From assembly GCA_904063045.1 (NCBI GenBank), contig CAJFCJ010000094.1, positions 41,739 through 86,185 on the forward strand: DNA of 44,447 nt. The letters run 5' to 3'. Every line of letters starts with the position of its first letter. Positions within the stretch are counted from its first letter, which is position 1. Below, one piece after another: positions 1 through 11,925 of the stretch. The notes beneath the pieces are model-generated. The model was given only the letters and a program-made list of their open reading frames with translations. It was not told the origin of the DNA and did not search any database. Made by a program: the position numbers and the translations under genes. This stretch comes from Dimorphilus gyrociliatus (taxonomy: Eukaryota > Animalia > Annelida).

Positions 1-1032
1 CATCTCCTCCGAAACAATCAACAGTTCCGTCGCAAACTCTTTGTTGATCGACGAATTTGCGTTGACTTTTACATTTGAACATTCCTTTAGGAAGATATTT
101 ATCTGAAACAATTTAAATGCTTGAACATATTCAAGTTAATGTTCAGAATAAAAAAGAACAAATTTGGAAATTTTTTCTATCTACCGCAAAATTCTTCATC
201 TTCGTTGTTGAAACAATGATTAATACCGTCGCATACTTGATCGAAGGATATACAAAATTGCTGTTGTCTACACAGAAAGAATCCTTTTTTGCAGATTTCC
301 ATTGAACATAAATGTATAGTATAGAATGGAGCGTAAATCCTTTGCTTCGAAAAACCAAGAGAACTAAAGGTCACGTGACAATTGTGTTTAGTTTTTCTCC
401 CATGTCTCCGTACTAAATATAATTAAAATGTGTTAGAATATTTATTACAAGCTCACTAACAACGTTTGTGTTGAACCTCTTTCCCAACTTTCAAAGAGCA
501 GGTTCTAACATCTTCGTCTCTTCCGTCAACGCAATCTATGAGTAGATCGCACTGTTGAGCCACATTTATGCAGCTGGTTTGACAGGAAAACTGCGAAAGA
601 TATCTGCAATCTATTAAAAGGGAAATGTAATTACATTATTCAATTCTGCTTCAGCTTTGGATACTTTCCATGGCGAAAATCAATATCTATAGCGTTATTT
701 GCACGACAAATTTCATCACTGTTATCAAAGCAGTTAGTTTCACCATCACAAACTTGATCGTAATGAACGCATTGATGATTATGACATTCTCTGATTGAGT
801 ATAACTTCCAGTAGAGAGAAAGTTTATCAATTATTTCACCAAGTTTCTTTTTTTACCTTTCGTTGATCCTATGGCAGACGTTGTTTGTATCTAAACAACA
901 TTTTGCAGTTGTTTACAGATTGAATGTAAAACAGTAAATATTTTTAACAAACTTACAACAATCTTCTTCATCCGATTTATCTGGACAATCGATTTTAAAA
1001 TCGCAAACTAAGAGATAGTTTATCATCTTTTC
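1..1032 (-). CDS. LDL-receptor class A (LDLa) repeat gene, partial (continues beyond the window start); probably the ectodomain of a GRL101/LGR-type GPCR
   Basis: Manually spliced minus-strand exons 1032-957, 890-857, 790-665, ~610-478, 412-185 and 102-<1, with GT/AG junctions. They give five LDLa modules: LVCDFKIDCPDKSDEEDC; CHNHQCVHYDQVCDGETNCFDNSDEIC; FSCQTSCINVAQQCDLLIDCVDGRDED; FLCRQQQFCISFDQVCDGINHCFNNEDEEFC; FKCKSQRKFVDQQRVCDGTVDCFGGD. The phase of the 665/610 junction is ambiguous, so intactness is uncertain. GPCR identity is inferred from the paralog at 3250-5500. Confidence 0.85.
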
Positions 1033-1701
1033 AGAACTAATGTTGAGAAAAAAGATCTTTTCAATTCAATTTTATATAGATATTGAAAAAAGTAAGTAGC
1101 AAAATATATTAAATACTCGATGATGAATTTAAAAAGGTCAATGTCAACTAGATATTAGGATAAAACTTTCATTTATTTCATTAGCTGTATCTGTTCCTGC
1201 CACTGTATATGTCTATATATATACTGTGCTTCTTACATTATAGTGAAAACCATTTTCAGATTCAAAAAACATCTCACAAAGACACACAGACACAAAAATT
1301 TAAATTTATCTAAAACTTTTTTTTAGCAGTTTTCAGTTGTATGAACATAAGAAAACCTAGACTACAAAAAAGTTTGTCGATTTTTGATGCTATAATTATA
1401 TAGATGGCAACAGTGTTCACTAATTTGCAATCTTGAAACAAGATTAAGACTCTTTGCAATTTTCAAGCCAATCTGTAATATACTATATTGATTATTTTTC
1501 AATCTAATATTGAAAATCATTGATAAACATTCATTTAAGAGATAAAGAATGTTAAATGGAAAATGTTGAATTTCTCTTTCACTCTGAGGGATCATTCATC
1601 AGATAGAAAACTTCTTGATAAGTCATTCTTTTGATAGTTTACTGGAATTAATTAAATCTGGACATCAAGTTAGTGTTTCAAAACAAGAAACTATTCGACT
1701 A
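1033..1701. repeat. Left (derived) copy of a 669-bp inverted duplication of 7120-7788
   Basis: Positions pair as x+y=8821. The identical 77-aa ORF appears at 1362-1595(-) and 7226-7459(+). Both ends and the internal stretches I compared base by base show no mismatch. Identity stops at 1032/7789 and 1702/7119. Confidence 0.97.
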
Positions 1702-3249
1702 TCCAGTCCTTGTCTGAGAATTTCATTTTAAACCCTTAACCCAACAGTTTGTAACCCTTAGTTCGATATCAGGACATTACGTCCCTTTTTGCATGAACAT
1801 TTCATCCATTTTGTCAGGATCTTTCATAATTGGATGGTTTAACCATATATGTTTTCACATTCAATTAAGCACCTCAACAACTTGAACTTGTACATAAAGG
1901 TCAAATAAACAAATATGCCCAGCATATATTATCTAAAAAGGTTCAAAGTTCTTGTTAAAAAAGAGAACATACCCACTCTAATGAACAAAGGATTCTTGTA
2001 AAGGCTTTAAAAAGCAAAACTCAACTTAAAGAAATTTACTAATAATTTTTTTCAAGTAAATTCAAATTCTTCTCAAATGAAAATAAGAAAATCGAGAAAA
2101 TGTTGCGAAATGTGTGAAATAATTTTAACTTTTGTTTTCTTATACTTATATGTAACACTTTCAGATACAAGTCAAAGAATATTCAAAAAAATTACGTAAT
2201 GTCAATCGAGTGTTTTAACAGTAAAGAAAATTGTTAGTTTTATATGTTTTTCTTACTGACTAATCTAAGTTTTCTGTTACTGAGACGCTTTTTTTATTTT
2301 TACCCCTCAAAGATCTATTTGCAGAAAGAAAGAGAGGCATACGTAGCCTTCGACTTTATTATAATATGAATAGAAAGCAATACAATGTTGTTGCTGAGCG
2401 AAAATATAAGAAAAAACTCTGTTCAATTAATAAATTAATTATTATCGGCTCGCTTTCATTAAAAATTCAAACTAGATTTGTTCTACTCATAGCTTATGGT
2501 AAAGTACTCAACATCAAATCCGATAATTCAATTATACATGAAAAACTTTGGTGTAAATTGTACTAGCTTAACGGTAAGAATTATTTTAAATAGTCCAGAC
2601 ATGAACTAAAGTTAAGCAATAGATTTTAGAGTAATAAATAAATTATCCAATTGTAAACATTCCAAATATGTTCAAAATCCATATGCAAGAGAGGTCAAAA
2701 ATGGAGAGGAGAGCAGATCATTTTTAAAAGCGTCTTTTTTTCTATTTCCAGACTATAAAGTAAAATTATACAATAAAAATAATGATGATTCTTTTACTGA
2801 TCTCAATGTTGATTATAAATAATCCGCCATTTTGTTACATGATTTCAAAGACATTTGGTGTTTTCTTATCTAATTTTCCATACGTACAATCAATTTATGC
2901 ATGCTTATTTATATGTAAAAGCATTTTAAAGACAACAATAGTAGATTTATGTGAAAGAGGAAGAAGTGTCAATGTAAACAAGATACATAGACCATTCAGT
3001 GAATTTGTCTAAAATTTAAATATATAAATCTCTTTTTTTGTTATTTCAAAGGGAATTTAGAATATGGCAGCCATATTTTCTTGAATGTTCAAGCAGACAA
3101 GGTCCAGATAAGTATTCCTTGCTGAATTAGAGCCATGTTATTCCTCTGCATTTTCATTTTCTCTTCCTCCCGTCTGATTAGACTGTCTTGGAAGTGGTGT
3201 TTTAATAATTTATGATATTGTTATTGTAGTCTTTTTAAATTTTTTTAAA

Positions 3250-5500
3250 AAGAATACATTGAAATTATGTTTATGACTACATCAAAGATTGTTCGGATGG
3301 ATCTGACGAAGAATTTTGCAGTAAACTGTGAAAAATTTTCAATTTAAACTGTAATAAATAGCCATCGTCTTTTTAGGTTTGGAAATCTGTAATCCTTATT
3401 CCAGGTATGTAAAATATTGGATTGAGAGAAAACGTTAAACATAAGATATAACCTTGAAAGGTCAACGTTTTCTTTTGTCGAAATTATTTTTTAAAGACTA
3501 ATTTCGAAAGGGACTGTTCCAATGGACAATGCATTCCTATAGATAAAATATGCAACAATGAAAAGAATTGCATTGATGGATCTGATGAATACTGTAGGAA
3601 AGAAGATAGTCTCTTAGATATATATAAAACAGGTAGTATGGTACTGACGGGAATAATAGGATTTAATGTTTTGATAGAAAAAGTCCCTAAATGAGATTTT
3701 TGAAAATAACATTTCAGATTGAAAAATGGTTATGAGGAGTAAAGTAGCTTTTGATTTATAGTTAGGGGGTTCCATCTAAGGATTAGGTAATAATCAAAAA
3801 GGTTAGGGAGAGACGAGGGCTGAGTTAGGTTAAGGGTTAAATCATGCATTTGGGGACGTTTACTGCCGTATTCAATGTTTTAATCAGATAAAAAATGTTC
3901 GATTTTAATTTTAGATTGTAATGAAAAGAAACAATTTCCCTGCATAAAGAGATACCTTCCATTAGAATTCTTAATTGATAATAAAAGTGATTGTTATGGT
4001 TCTGATGAGGATGGTGTACGATACCTGAAAAGCAAAGAGAGTTACTATTATAAAGAGAATTCAATGAAATTTCCTTCTACAAATATGTTTTCTTTGAAAT
4101 CTGGTTGTGAAGATAAGCTCTGTTTATATGGCTTTTACGAATGTCTAAGAGATAATTATTGTATATCAGTTGCCCTTTTTTGTGATGGAATTCAGCATTG
4201 TCAACTTGAAGATGATGAATATGAGTGCGGTATGTTTCTATATAGATATATGGATATTTCTTTAACTTTGTTGACAACAATTTCGTACAAAGATTTTGAA
4301 CTTCAAGAGAAACTAGAGATATTGAAAATGACTGGTTATACAAAATTGAAAGCGATTCAAAAGCTTTCTTTCAGCCATTTAAAATCTCTTGTTAAGCTTT
4401 AGCTCTTTGGAATTAAAATTAACTCTAACCATATGAGATTGATAGTAGTTGACCTAATTAAAATTAAAGAGATCCATGGTGATAGCTATAACCTTTGCTG
4501 TTTTACACGGAAAACAATCGTTGAGCACGTTCGATGTAAATCTAAATCATGTGGTTTAAAAAGTTGTTCCGACCTACTACAAACTAATTATTTAAGAGTT
4601 GTATATTGGTGCTATGGAATTCTTAGTATAATTGGAGGTATACTCTCTTTGTTGTCAACTCTAAAGTATCAAAAGACAGGAAGAATGTTCCACTGTCTAA
4701 AAGCAATTTGTGATTTATCAATATCAATATTTGTGCTATCAGCTTCAATTGCTGATGAATTCTTTCGAAATATTTATTATGAATATGATGAATATTGGAG
4801 AAATAGTCCAATTTGCCAAATATTAGGCTCATAGTGACATTTTCAATTTTTACAATTTCTATTAGCTTTCTATTCATTACTTTAGAAATGTACTCGGTTA
4901 TCACTAGACTATTAGCGGAGACATTTCCCAAAAAGTTTTCCACACCTATTTTAGCGATAACACTATTTTTTGTTCTTTTATTGGCTTATATATCCTTAGT
5001 TGTTGATAGAGTAATAACATATTTAAAAATTCCCCTTAATTTTGGCCTAATTCTGTTTAAAAGTTTCCTTTATTTATAGAATTTGTATAACCAAACACCA
5101 ATTTGCTTTCAATTAAATTTTCGCAGTACTCAACTTAAGGATTGGCTATCTTCCATCATTCTTTTTTGTATAGTCATATCCATTGAAAATATATCAATTT
5201 TTATAATTTACTACAAAATGATGAAAAATATAGAAGATTCCAGGAAGATTGTTGAAAGTTTAAGGGGAAAAGAGAAAAAAGACAAGTACAGTTCAAAAGT
5301 ACTCATATCATATCTTTATAATTTTCTAATTTGGACACCATTTATAATTTGTGGTCAATTTTTTGTTTTTTTTAATACTTAAACAGAATTTGAAATTATA
5401 AAATCTAATAATTAAATAAATAGATTTATTATCACAATTTTTTAATCCATCAATCTCAAATGATACTTATGTAATGATGATTTCAATATTAATTCTATTC
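3250..5500 (+). pseudogene. LDLa-LRR-7TM GPCR pseudogene (GRL101/RXFP-like LGR)
   Basis: LDLa exons ~3250-3320, 3377-3404, 3511-3632 and 3915-4229 (e.g. DCSNGQCIPIDKICNNEKNCIDGSDEYC). These are followed by an LRR-like stretch, the hinge YNLCC...SCSDLL, TM1 LRVVYWCYGIL, AICDL, YW RNSPIC (W..S..C), and TM6 NFLIWTPFII. Lesions: in-frame TAG at 4400-4402, a -1 frameshift near 4830, a degenerate TM7, and most LRRs missing. Confidence 0.88.
3667..3873 (+). mobile_element. TTAGGG-motif MITE, older copy, inside a GPCR intron
   Basis: Internal sequence is similar to 27792-27998 and 30616-30815 (aaatggtta..., aaaggttaggg..., gggttaaa). The right end is ggacgtttactgccgtattc; the left end is degenerate. 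Confidence 0.8.
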
Positions 5501-5769
5501 AGAATTCAACTTTTTCAATTATTGAAAATGTTAGGAATGCTCGAGAAATGGTGCCATTCCTAAAGCTCTTGCTGTGACTCGTAGTTTTTGTAATTCATTG
5601 TATTTCTTGAATACAAGTTCCCTAAAGTCTTTACTCCACATCATATTTAAAAAAGTACAAAAAAAAATAAAGTAACATAAATAAAATTAACAATTAATTG
5701 ATAAAGATAACTTAGAAAATCAAAGATGTTGAAAAAAATGTTTTTTGGAATGTCTATTTGAATGCCAAA

Positions 5770-7220
5770 CCTGATGTCAAGTGACTGTTCGAATAATTAT
5801 GAAGTGAGGCCAGAAAAAGAAAAAATTGATGAAAATGACCAAAAATTTTTGCTTATAATATTCATAAATATTATCATTTCATCAATTTTTTTTCAGTATT
5901 ACATAAATATAACCCTTTTTTATAGAAATTTAGACCAAAAAAAATAATTTACAGGGAAAAAACAATTTTAACCATTAATTGAAAGTTGGCCTATCAAAAT
6001 TTATGGTGTCCATTTTTTTATGAAGTTTACTTTATTCAGCCAAAGTTTTTAGGTCAAAGCTATAGAAATCTGCAAAAATATTTTATAATTCAATCTGCAA
6101 AAGTGAGAGAGAGAAAATTTACCTCGTAAACGGAATTTAAACCACCATGAGATATAAGCAGAATACAATTTTCTTTAGAAAGAAGGTAAACTTGAGGAAT
6201 CCGTTTGAAAATATGAATATTTGAATATTCTTTATCAAACTGACACTTTAATGACCAAACCCATTGAATATCTTTAAATTTTACAAGAATTTTACTCATA
6301 TTTATCAACAATAAATAGGATGGTGGCAAAAGTCTAAAGCACTGCCAAAGACAATAACACCAAATCTGTGGGTAGGAATATCAATTTTAAGTTTAGCAAA
6401 GAGATAAATAATAGGTAGTCGTTTTCTCACCTTTTGCTGGTGAAGTTCATAGAAGTTCTGATGAATATTTTTATCATCCATAGGCTGAGTTTTTAAAATC
6501 CCACCCACTTGTACTATATTTAGCGGTAAAGGGCGTGGAAGTTCAAAAATATAATCTGAATTCTCAAGGAATCGTTGGGCACCTTTTTCGAATTTCGGAT
6601 ATATGTTCACCAGGCGAAATTTCCATGTCCACTTTTTTATCTTCAAGAATCCTATCCAAATTATCCAGAACAAACGATAAGGAGATATTATATATGATAT
6701 TTTTCATTCTATCAACAATTGTCATCTTATCAGTTAAAGAACTCAAAAAGGTTAGAACCCACCAGACTGGTCCAGGTATAACTGCTTGAGAGTATCTTAT
6801 ATAGGACGAACATTCATACAAAACGAATGGTTTTTTTATATTTCTCAATCAGTAAGAACCTACAAAAGAAATACTGATCAATAATTATTAAATCGAATTT
6901 TTTGCGTCGTTCCTCAACCGAAGAATCTGACAGTATTGTTCGGCAATCTTTGATAAAAGCACCCCAAATAACTTTATACAGCTCATCCATTTTTACATAA
7001 GACATAATTTGATAAAGCGAATCAATTGAACTATTTCTGATATCTTCCCCAACCATTTCAACATGTTCTGGGGAAACTGGTGAAGATATCTCAAAAAGCG
7101 AAATATTACCAGGATGGTCTAGTCGAATAGTTTCTTGTTTTGAAACACTAACTTGATGTCCAGATTTAATTAATTCCAGTAAACTATCAAAAGAATGACT
7201 TATCAAGAAGTTTTCTATCT
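5770..7220 (-). pseudogene. UDP-glucuronosyltransferase (UGT, GT1 family) pseudogene
   Basis: Motifs in order: SGHQVSV, FDLIIID, DKMTIVDRMKN, NSDYIFELPRPLPLNIVQVGGI, GVIVFGS, and RIPQVYLL...LISHGGLNSVYE (UGT signature). There are three frameshifts (~6835, ~6590, ~6330). The expected GVP...DQ segment was not found, and the 3' remnant has stop codons. Confidence 0.92.
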
Positions 7221-7788
7221 GATGAATGATCCCTCAGAGTGAAAGAGAAATTCAACATTTTCCATTTAACATTCTTTATCTCTTAAATGAATGTTTATCA
7301 ATGATTTTCAATATTAGATTGAAAAATAATCAATATAGTATATTACAGATTGGCTTGAAAATTGCAAAGAGTCTTAATCTTGTTTCAAGATTGCAAATTA
7401 GTGAACACTGTTGCCATCTATATAATTATAGCATCAAAAATCGACAAACTTTTTTGTAGTCTAGGTTTTCTTATGTTCATACAACTGAAAACTGCTAAAA
7501 AAAAGTTTTAGATAAATTTAAATTTTTGTGTCTGTGTGTCTTTGTGAGATGTTTTTTGAATCTGAAAATGGTTTTCACTATAATGTAAGAAGCACAGTAT
7601 ATATATAGACATATACAGTGGCAGGAACAGATACAGCTAATGAAATAAATGAAAGTTTTATCCTAATATCTAGTTGACATTGACCTTTTTAAATTCATCA
7701 TCGAGTATTTAATATATTTTGCTACTTACTTTTTTCAATATCTATATAAAATTGAATTGAAAAGATCTTTTTTCTCAACATTAGTTCT
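7120..7788. repeat. Right (source) copy of the 669-bp inverted duplication
   Basis: Reverse complement of 1033-1701. Both of its junctions preserve reading frames: the UGT at 7119/7120 and exon 4 of the tandem-domain gene at 7788/7789. Confidence 0.95.
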
Positions 7789-8970
7789 TCCTCTAAGTGA
7801 ATTATATGACCCAGAGGATAATAATTTTGAAAAGGTCTTACAGCCATCTAAAAGAAAAGTTTACTGTAAAAAATTTTAATAACAAATGAAATTTACTGAT
7901 TTGCAGAGGAGACATTTTCCTTGAAATGAAATGAATTGGCTTCCATTTTGTGTTGGATGAAAAGCAATAGTATCATCAGGTTGTACATTGATAATATCAT
8001 TAAAATGAATAGTTTTAATACCAGCAGTCTCTTGTGGTATTTGAATTAGATAGATTAGCTGATAAGTTAAATTATATTTATTTCCATTTTCCAGTTTTCT
8101 CCAGATACCAACTTCTCCAGTATCAGTAGGATTTATTCTATAATATGTTATGGATGATAGATAGCCTTTGCAAGGAAATCCAAAATTTGTATACATATTG
8201 AGGAAGGCAGCTCCACTTCCACCTCTATCTATTACATCATGGCCAACGATAATAGATGAATTTCCACTATTGCATAAGGGATTGTTATCTTTGGGTAAAA
8301 GTTTTAAAATCAAATATTAACTTTTATTCTAAAAACTTGAATACCAGTTTCCATAGATTTAACTAAACAAAAGTTAAAAGCAAAGTATCTATTCACGCTT
8401 GGAGCTGTAACATTTACAATGGTGGCTGATGGTAGATCTATACTATATTTATCAACTTCATAGCTCTATAAGAAAGTTAATTTGTCTGTAAAATAAGATT
8501 ATGATAAATAGGCATACTTTGTACATTTCCAGGACACCAACTGATATATTTGTCGTAGAAATTGGAACTTTAGTGCCAAATTCAAAGTCAAATCCAATCA
8601 CATCATTTTCATGCACATATGGAGGATTATCAATCTGTACAGTTTCATCTCCTAGTCCACCATTTGACCTTGTACATAGATTATGAACTTTGTAAAACGC
8701 ATAATCCTGTCCATCTAACTTTCTCCATATTCCAATGCACATATCAGCTGATTCATTATTCTTTGAATATGTAAAATTCGTAATAAACCCATTAGACGGT
8801 ACAGTAAAATCGGTAAGAATATTCAAAGGAAGTAGTACATCGCTAAATAATTGACTGTAAAGCAGCTCTGGTCCAATATTTTCTGTAATCTCCAAAAGAG
8901 AAGAGGGTCGATTGAGAAGAGTGAGGATATGAATAGCTAATAAAACAATTGATTTATTATTGAAAGCCAT
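7578..8970 (-). CDS. Apparently intact 391-aa secreted or membrane-anchored protein with two copies of an unnamed beta-sandwich-like domain
   Basis: Exons 8970-8518, 8465-8345, 8288-7897, 7847-7730 and 7669-7578 total 1176 nt, with matching phases and no internal stop; introns are 52, 56, 49 and 60 bp. N-terminus is hydrophobic (MAFNNKSIVLLAIHILTLL). The repeats FTVPSNGFITNFTY...IGIWRK...VHENDVIGF and FGFPCKGYLSSITYY...VGIWRK...VQPDDTIAF align. The C-terminus is hydrophobic (LSFISLAVSVPATVYVYIYTVLLTL*). The last exon choice is predicted. Confidence 0.78.
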
Positions 8971-9902
8971 AAAAAATGAGTTGCAAATCCAACTTTGTTA
9001 CGATGGTGTTTATCTCTTTATAATATTATCGGCTTCTTTTATAGTTAGGATCTGGACATTTTTCTATCTTCAATATATTGATTAACAATAACATATAGCA
9101 AAGATATCTCAGAGGAGACAACCTTCTTTCGTCATTGCTATATAAATTGTTCTAAAATCAACCTGAAATTTTATTGCCAATAATTATGATAGAAGACATT
9201 CTAACATTAGTATGGATATTAGTCTATCAGCTTATTTTCCATACTTGGACTATAGCCAAAAAGTTTTGTCAGAGATAATTATTTATCTTCTATTTTCGCT
9301 ACTTTGATTTATTTCAAGGCCGAAATTGAATTAGTTAATGTTTAATGCAATTTGGATCAATATAGTCAATAATTTAGTATTATTGTTTATAGTTTCTGCA
9401 ATATTGTACATAGAGATACTCCAGAGTACATTGAAATATATTATTTGATTGATCTATTTCTCACTGACTAAAATCTCTAAAACAAAATGTTTTATTGATG
9501 TTTCTAAGATCTTCCCAATAAATAAATCTTTCAAAATATAGACAAACGTCACTATTACTCACTTTAAACATACTTCGAAATGTTATGGAAAATTACTAAG
9601 AAGCGATTGCCTTTCAGAAAAAGTAGACTCATATAATTAATAGATATGTTTTAAGTCACTGTTAGCTACTACTCTCCTTTATATAACCAATGAAAATTTA
9701 TTAGGCAATATAGAATTGTTTTAGAAAAATAGACCTGTAACCTTTGATCTAGGTGTCATTTTGAAAGTGATAGGGCTAAGGTGATACAAGATATTTAATA
9801 TTTTTTAAATCTGGTTTAAAACCATTAAAAATTCTGATCTCATTTGACATCATCTACCGAGAAATACTGAGAGCAAACAAGTCTTATTCCGTTATAGATA
9901 TA

Positions 9903-10142
9903 TGTAGTCGACAAGCACATCGCCTAAATTTGGCAGCGAGCCAAATTATCGTTACATCAATATCGTTACGTCCATATAATTTTAAAACTGTTCCTACCCC
10001 CGTTATCATTCACTTTGTGTACGTGTATTACTTAAAATTACTGCTATATTTATTAGTATAAACCTTATATCCTAACGCGTGTGTATTAATAAAGTCGGTG
10101 AAATAATGGCGATCTAAGTCTGCTACCCACTCAACGACTACA
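9903..10142 (+). mobile_element. Solo LTR (240 bp)
   Basis: TG...CA ends with 8-bp inverted termini TGTAGTCG/CGACTACA, a 6-bp flanking duplication GATATA (9897-9902 and 10143-10148), and AATAAA about 50 bp before the 3' end. Confidence 0.72.
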
Positions 10143-10492
10143 GATATATATAATATCTATATAGAGATATAATATAAATAGCAGTTGAGTTTTTCTAAAT
10201 ATTTAAATAATATTAGTAGCAAACTTGTAATCTAGAAGATACACTTCAAATTACTGACTTTACTTTTGAGTAAAAATGTTCTATTTTTGGGGAGGGGAAA
10301 GGGGATTTTAACCCCCAACCCTAATCTAGTAGTTAATCTTTTTTCAGAGAATCTATAGAATATACAAACAAATTATTGATACACATATATAAATCGGCTG
10401 TCCCATGACCTAGGTAAATAATCAAAAAGTATGATAATTATCTGCTATTACAACTGTTATTTGATATTAAGATTTAACAATGAAACATTTTA

Positions 10493-10530
10493 CAGTACCG
10501 GCGGTAAGTCACTGTAACACCTCAAAAAAA
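10493..10530 (+). mobile_element. Possible orphan Tc1-like terminus
   Basis: TA followed by CAGTACCGGCGGTAAGTCACTGTAACACC, resembling the CAGT- start of Tc1 TIRs. No partner end was found. Confidence 0.3.
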
Positions 10531-11560
10531 AATACTTTCTTGATTTTTTCTCTATCCGCACTTAAAGAATCAAAATGAGGGATATATTATTATATTTAAT
10601 AATATTCTCCGTATCATTGTAGAAAGAAAATAGATGTTTTTCAAAACTCATCAAACCCCTAACGGATCAACTGGGATTTAAATTCGTAGGATTGCAAAAT
10701 TGTTAGCAATCTGTTGAAAAATTGTTCAAAAATTTATAATCATGCCATTAATGGAGACAAATTTATAACTGTTGGAAATCTATTGGAAAATTGTCTACAA
10801 ATAGAAATAATCAGTCTAAATGAGAATTTTGGAATAAGAAAAGAAACAATTGGATTAAACTTGAATCCACCGCTTAACAAAGAATTTTGATGAAAGATAT
10901 GCTCTATAAGATAACTAAGCAACTAATGTTTGCATGAGGGTCAAGGTTATATTAAGCAACAGATTATATTGTTAAAGTAGAAGCAATAATGTCTTTTTTA
11001 TGTGTTTTTTCAAGAGAGCTTTGTTTTAAAATTATAGTTTTCAACTGAAAAATAACACACCAACTCATGTTTTATGTAGAAATTCAAAGTTAATAGAAAA
11101 TGAAAAGCTAATTATCCAATCAAAAGTTGAAAATACGTTACATCTTTGCGAAATTGAAGTCTTTTTAAGTAAAAACAAAAACGTTATTTAAATAAATATT
11201 TAAATTAACTAACTAATTTACGAATTTTGTAGATAATATCGCTCTATGAAAACCAATTATCTCAAGTTATTTATAGAAAGATACAAATAAATTAAATGAT
11301 GGATTACACCAAACTTTCTCAAAAATTGATTTTCATTGACAAACGATAATACAGGTGGCGCTATCAGTTCGATAACAGACAAGCTTGGAATTTATCGAAT
11401 TTTTCAGTTGCCCTTAATGTAATCTTAATGTTATTTATATGAAAGCTGACAATTGTGTCATCTATCAGATTAAAGCCAGAACAAAGCTAACAAAGTATAA
11501 ACCAGATTCGCTTACTTTTGGCCAAGCTATGATTATTTGGTTTTCCTAAGTGTTGAACTT

Positions 11561-11818
11561 TGTAACATATTGTTTCTAAAGATAAATATGAACTAGACAG
11601 GTCGCCAACTGTAAAGTGGTGATTGGATATTAGGGACAAACATTCAAGTATATCCTCAATGTTTCATTACAACTGAGATAGTTGTAACTGGAAAGATCAT
11701 CTGGAAGCAACACCCACTGAGACAAACCTTCTCCTTCAACATTGGACGTTAGTGTGGTAACTTGGCAACCTGCTATTAAATACTATCTACTCTGCTATTG
11801 AACTTTTACATTGTTACA
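11561..11818 (+). mobile_element. LTR-like segment upstream of the Gypsy gag remnant
   Basis: Inverted termini TGTAACA/TGTTACA, flanks AACTT/AGCTT (4 of 5 match), and ATTAAA at ~11775. The true 3' end could instead be near 11926. Confidence 0.5.
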
Positions 11819-11925
11819 AGCTTAAGTATTTTATTTCAAATAAACCATCTAAATTAAACAGCTTGCTTAAAGGTTCGAGTAGAACCAGTACTGTTGTAAC
11901 TTGAAAATGTATAAGTTGGCCAAGC

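Noticed and set aside
2782-3012. 76-aa ORF as the first exon of the GPCR pseudogene
   Set aside because: It has a hydrophobic start, but I could not splice it in frame to the LDLa exons or find a motif.
1362-7459. Identical 77-aa ORFs at 1362-1595 and 7226-7459 as a duplicated gene
   Set aside because: They have no motif, lie antisense to the UGT 5' region, and are identical only because of the DNA duplication.
1033-7789. Staggered-break inversion model in which 7789 was originally joined to 1702
   Set aside because: That join gives HLEDPVLV*EFHF, which aligns suggestively with repeat 1 but contains a stop. The present 7789/7788 junction gives an open exon of matching length ending at a canonical phase-1 GTAAGT donor, so a duplicative insertion is better supported.
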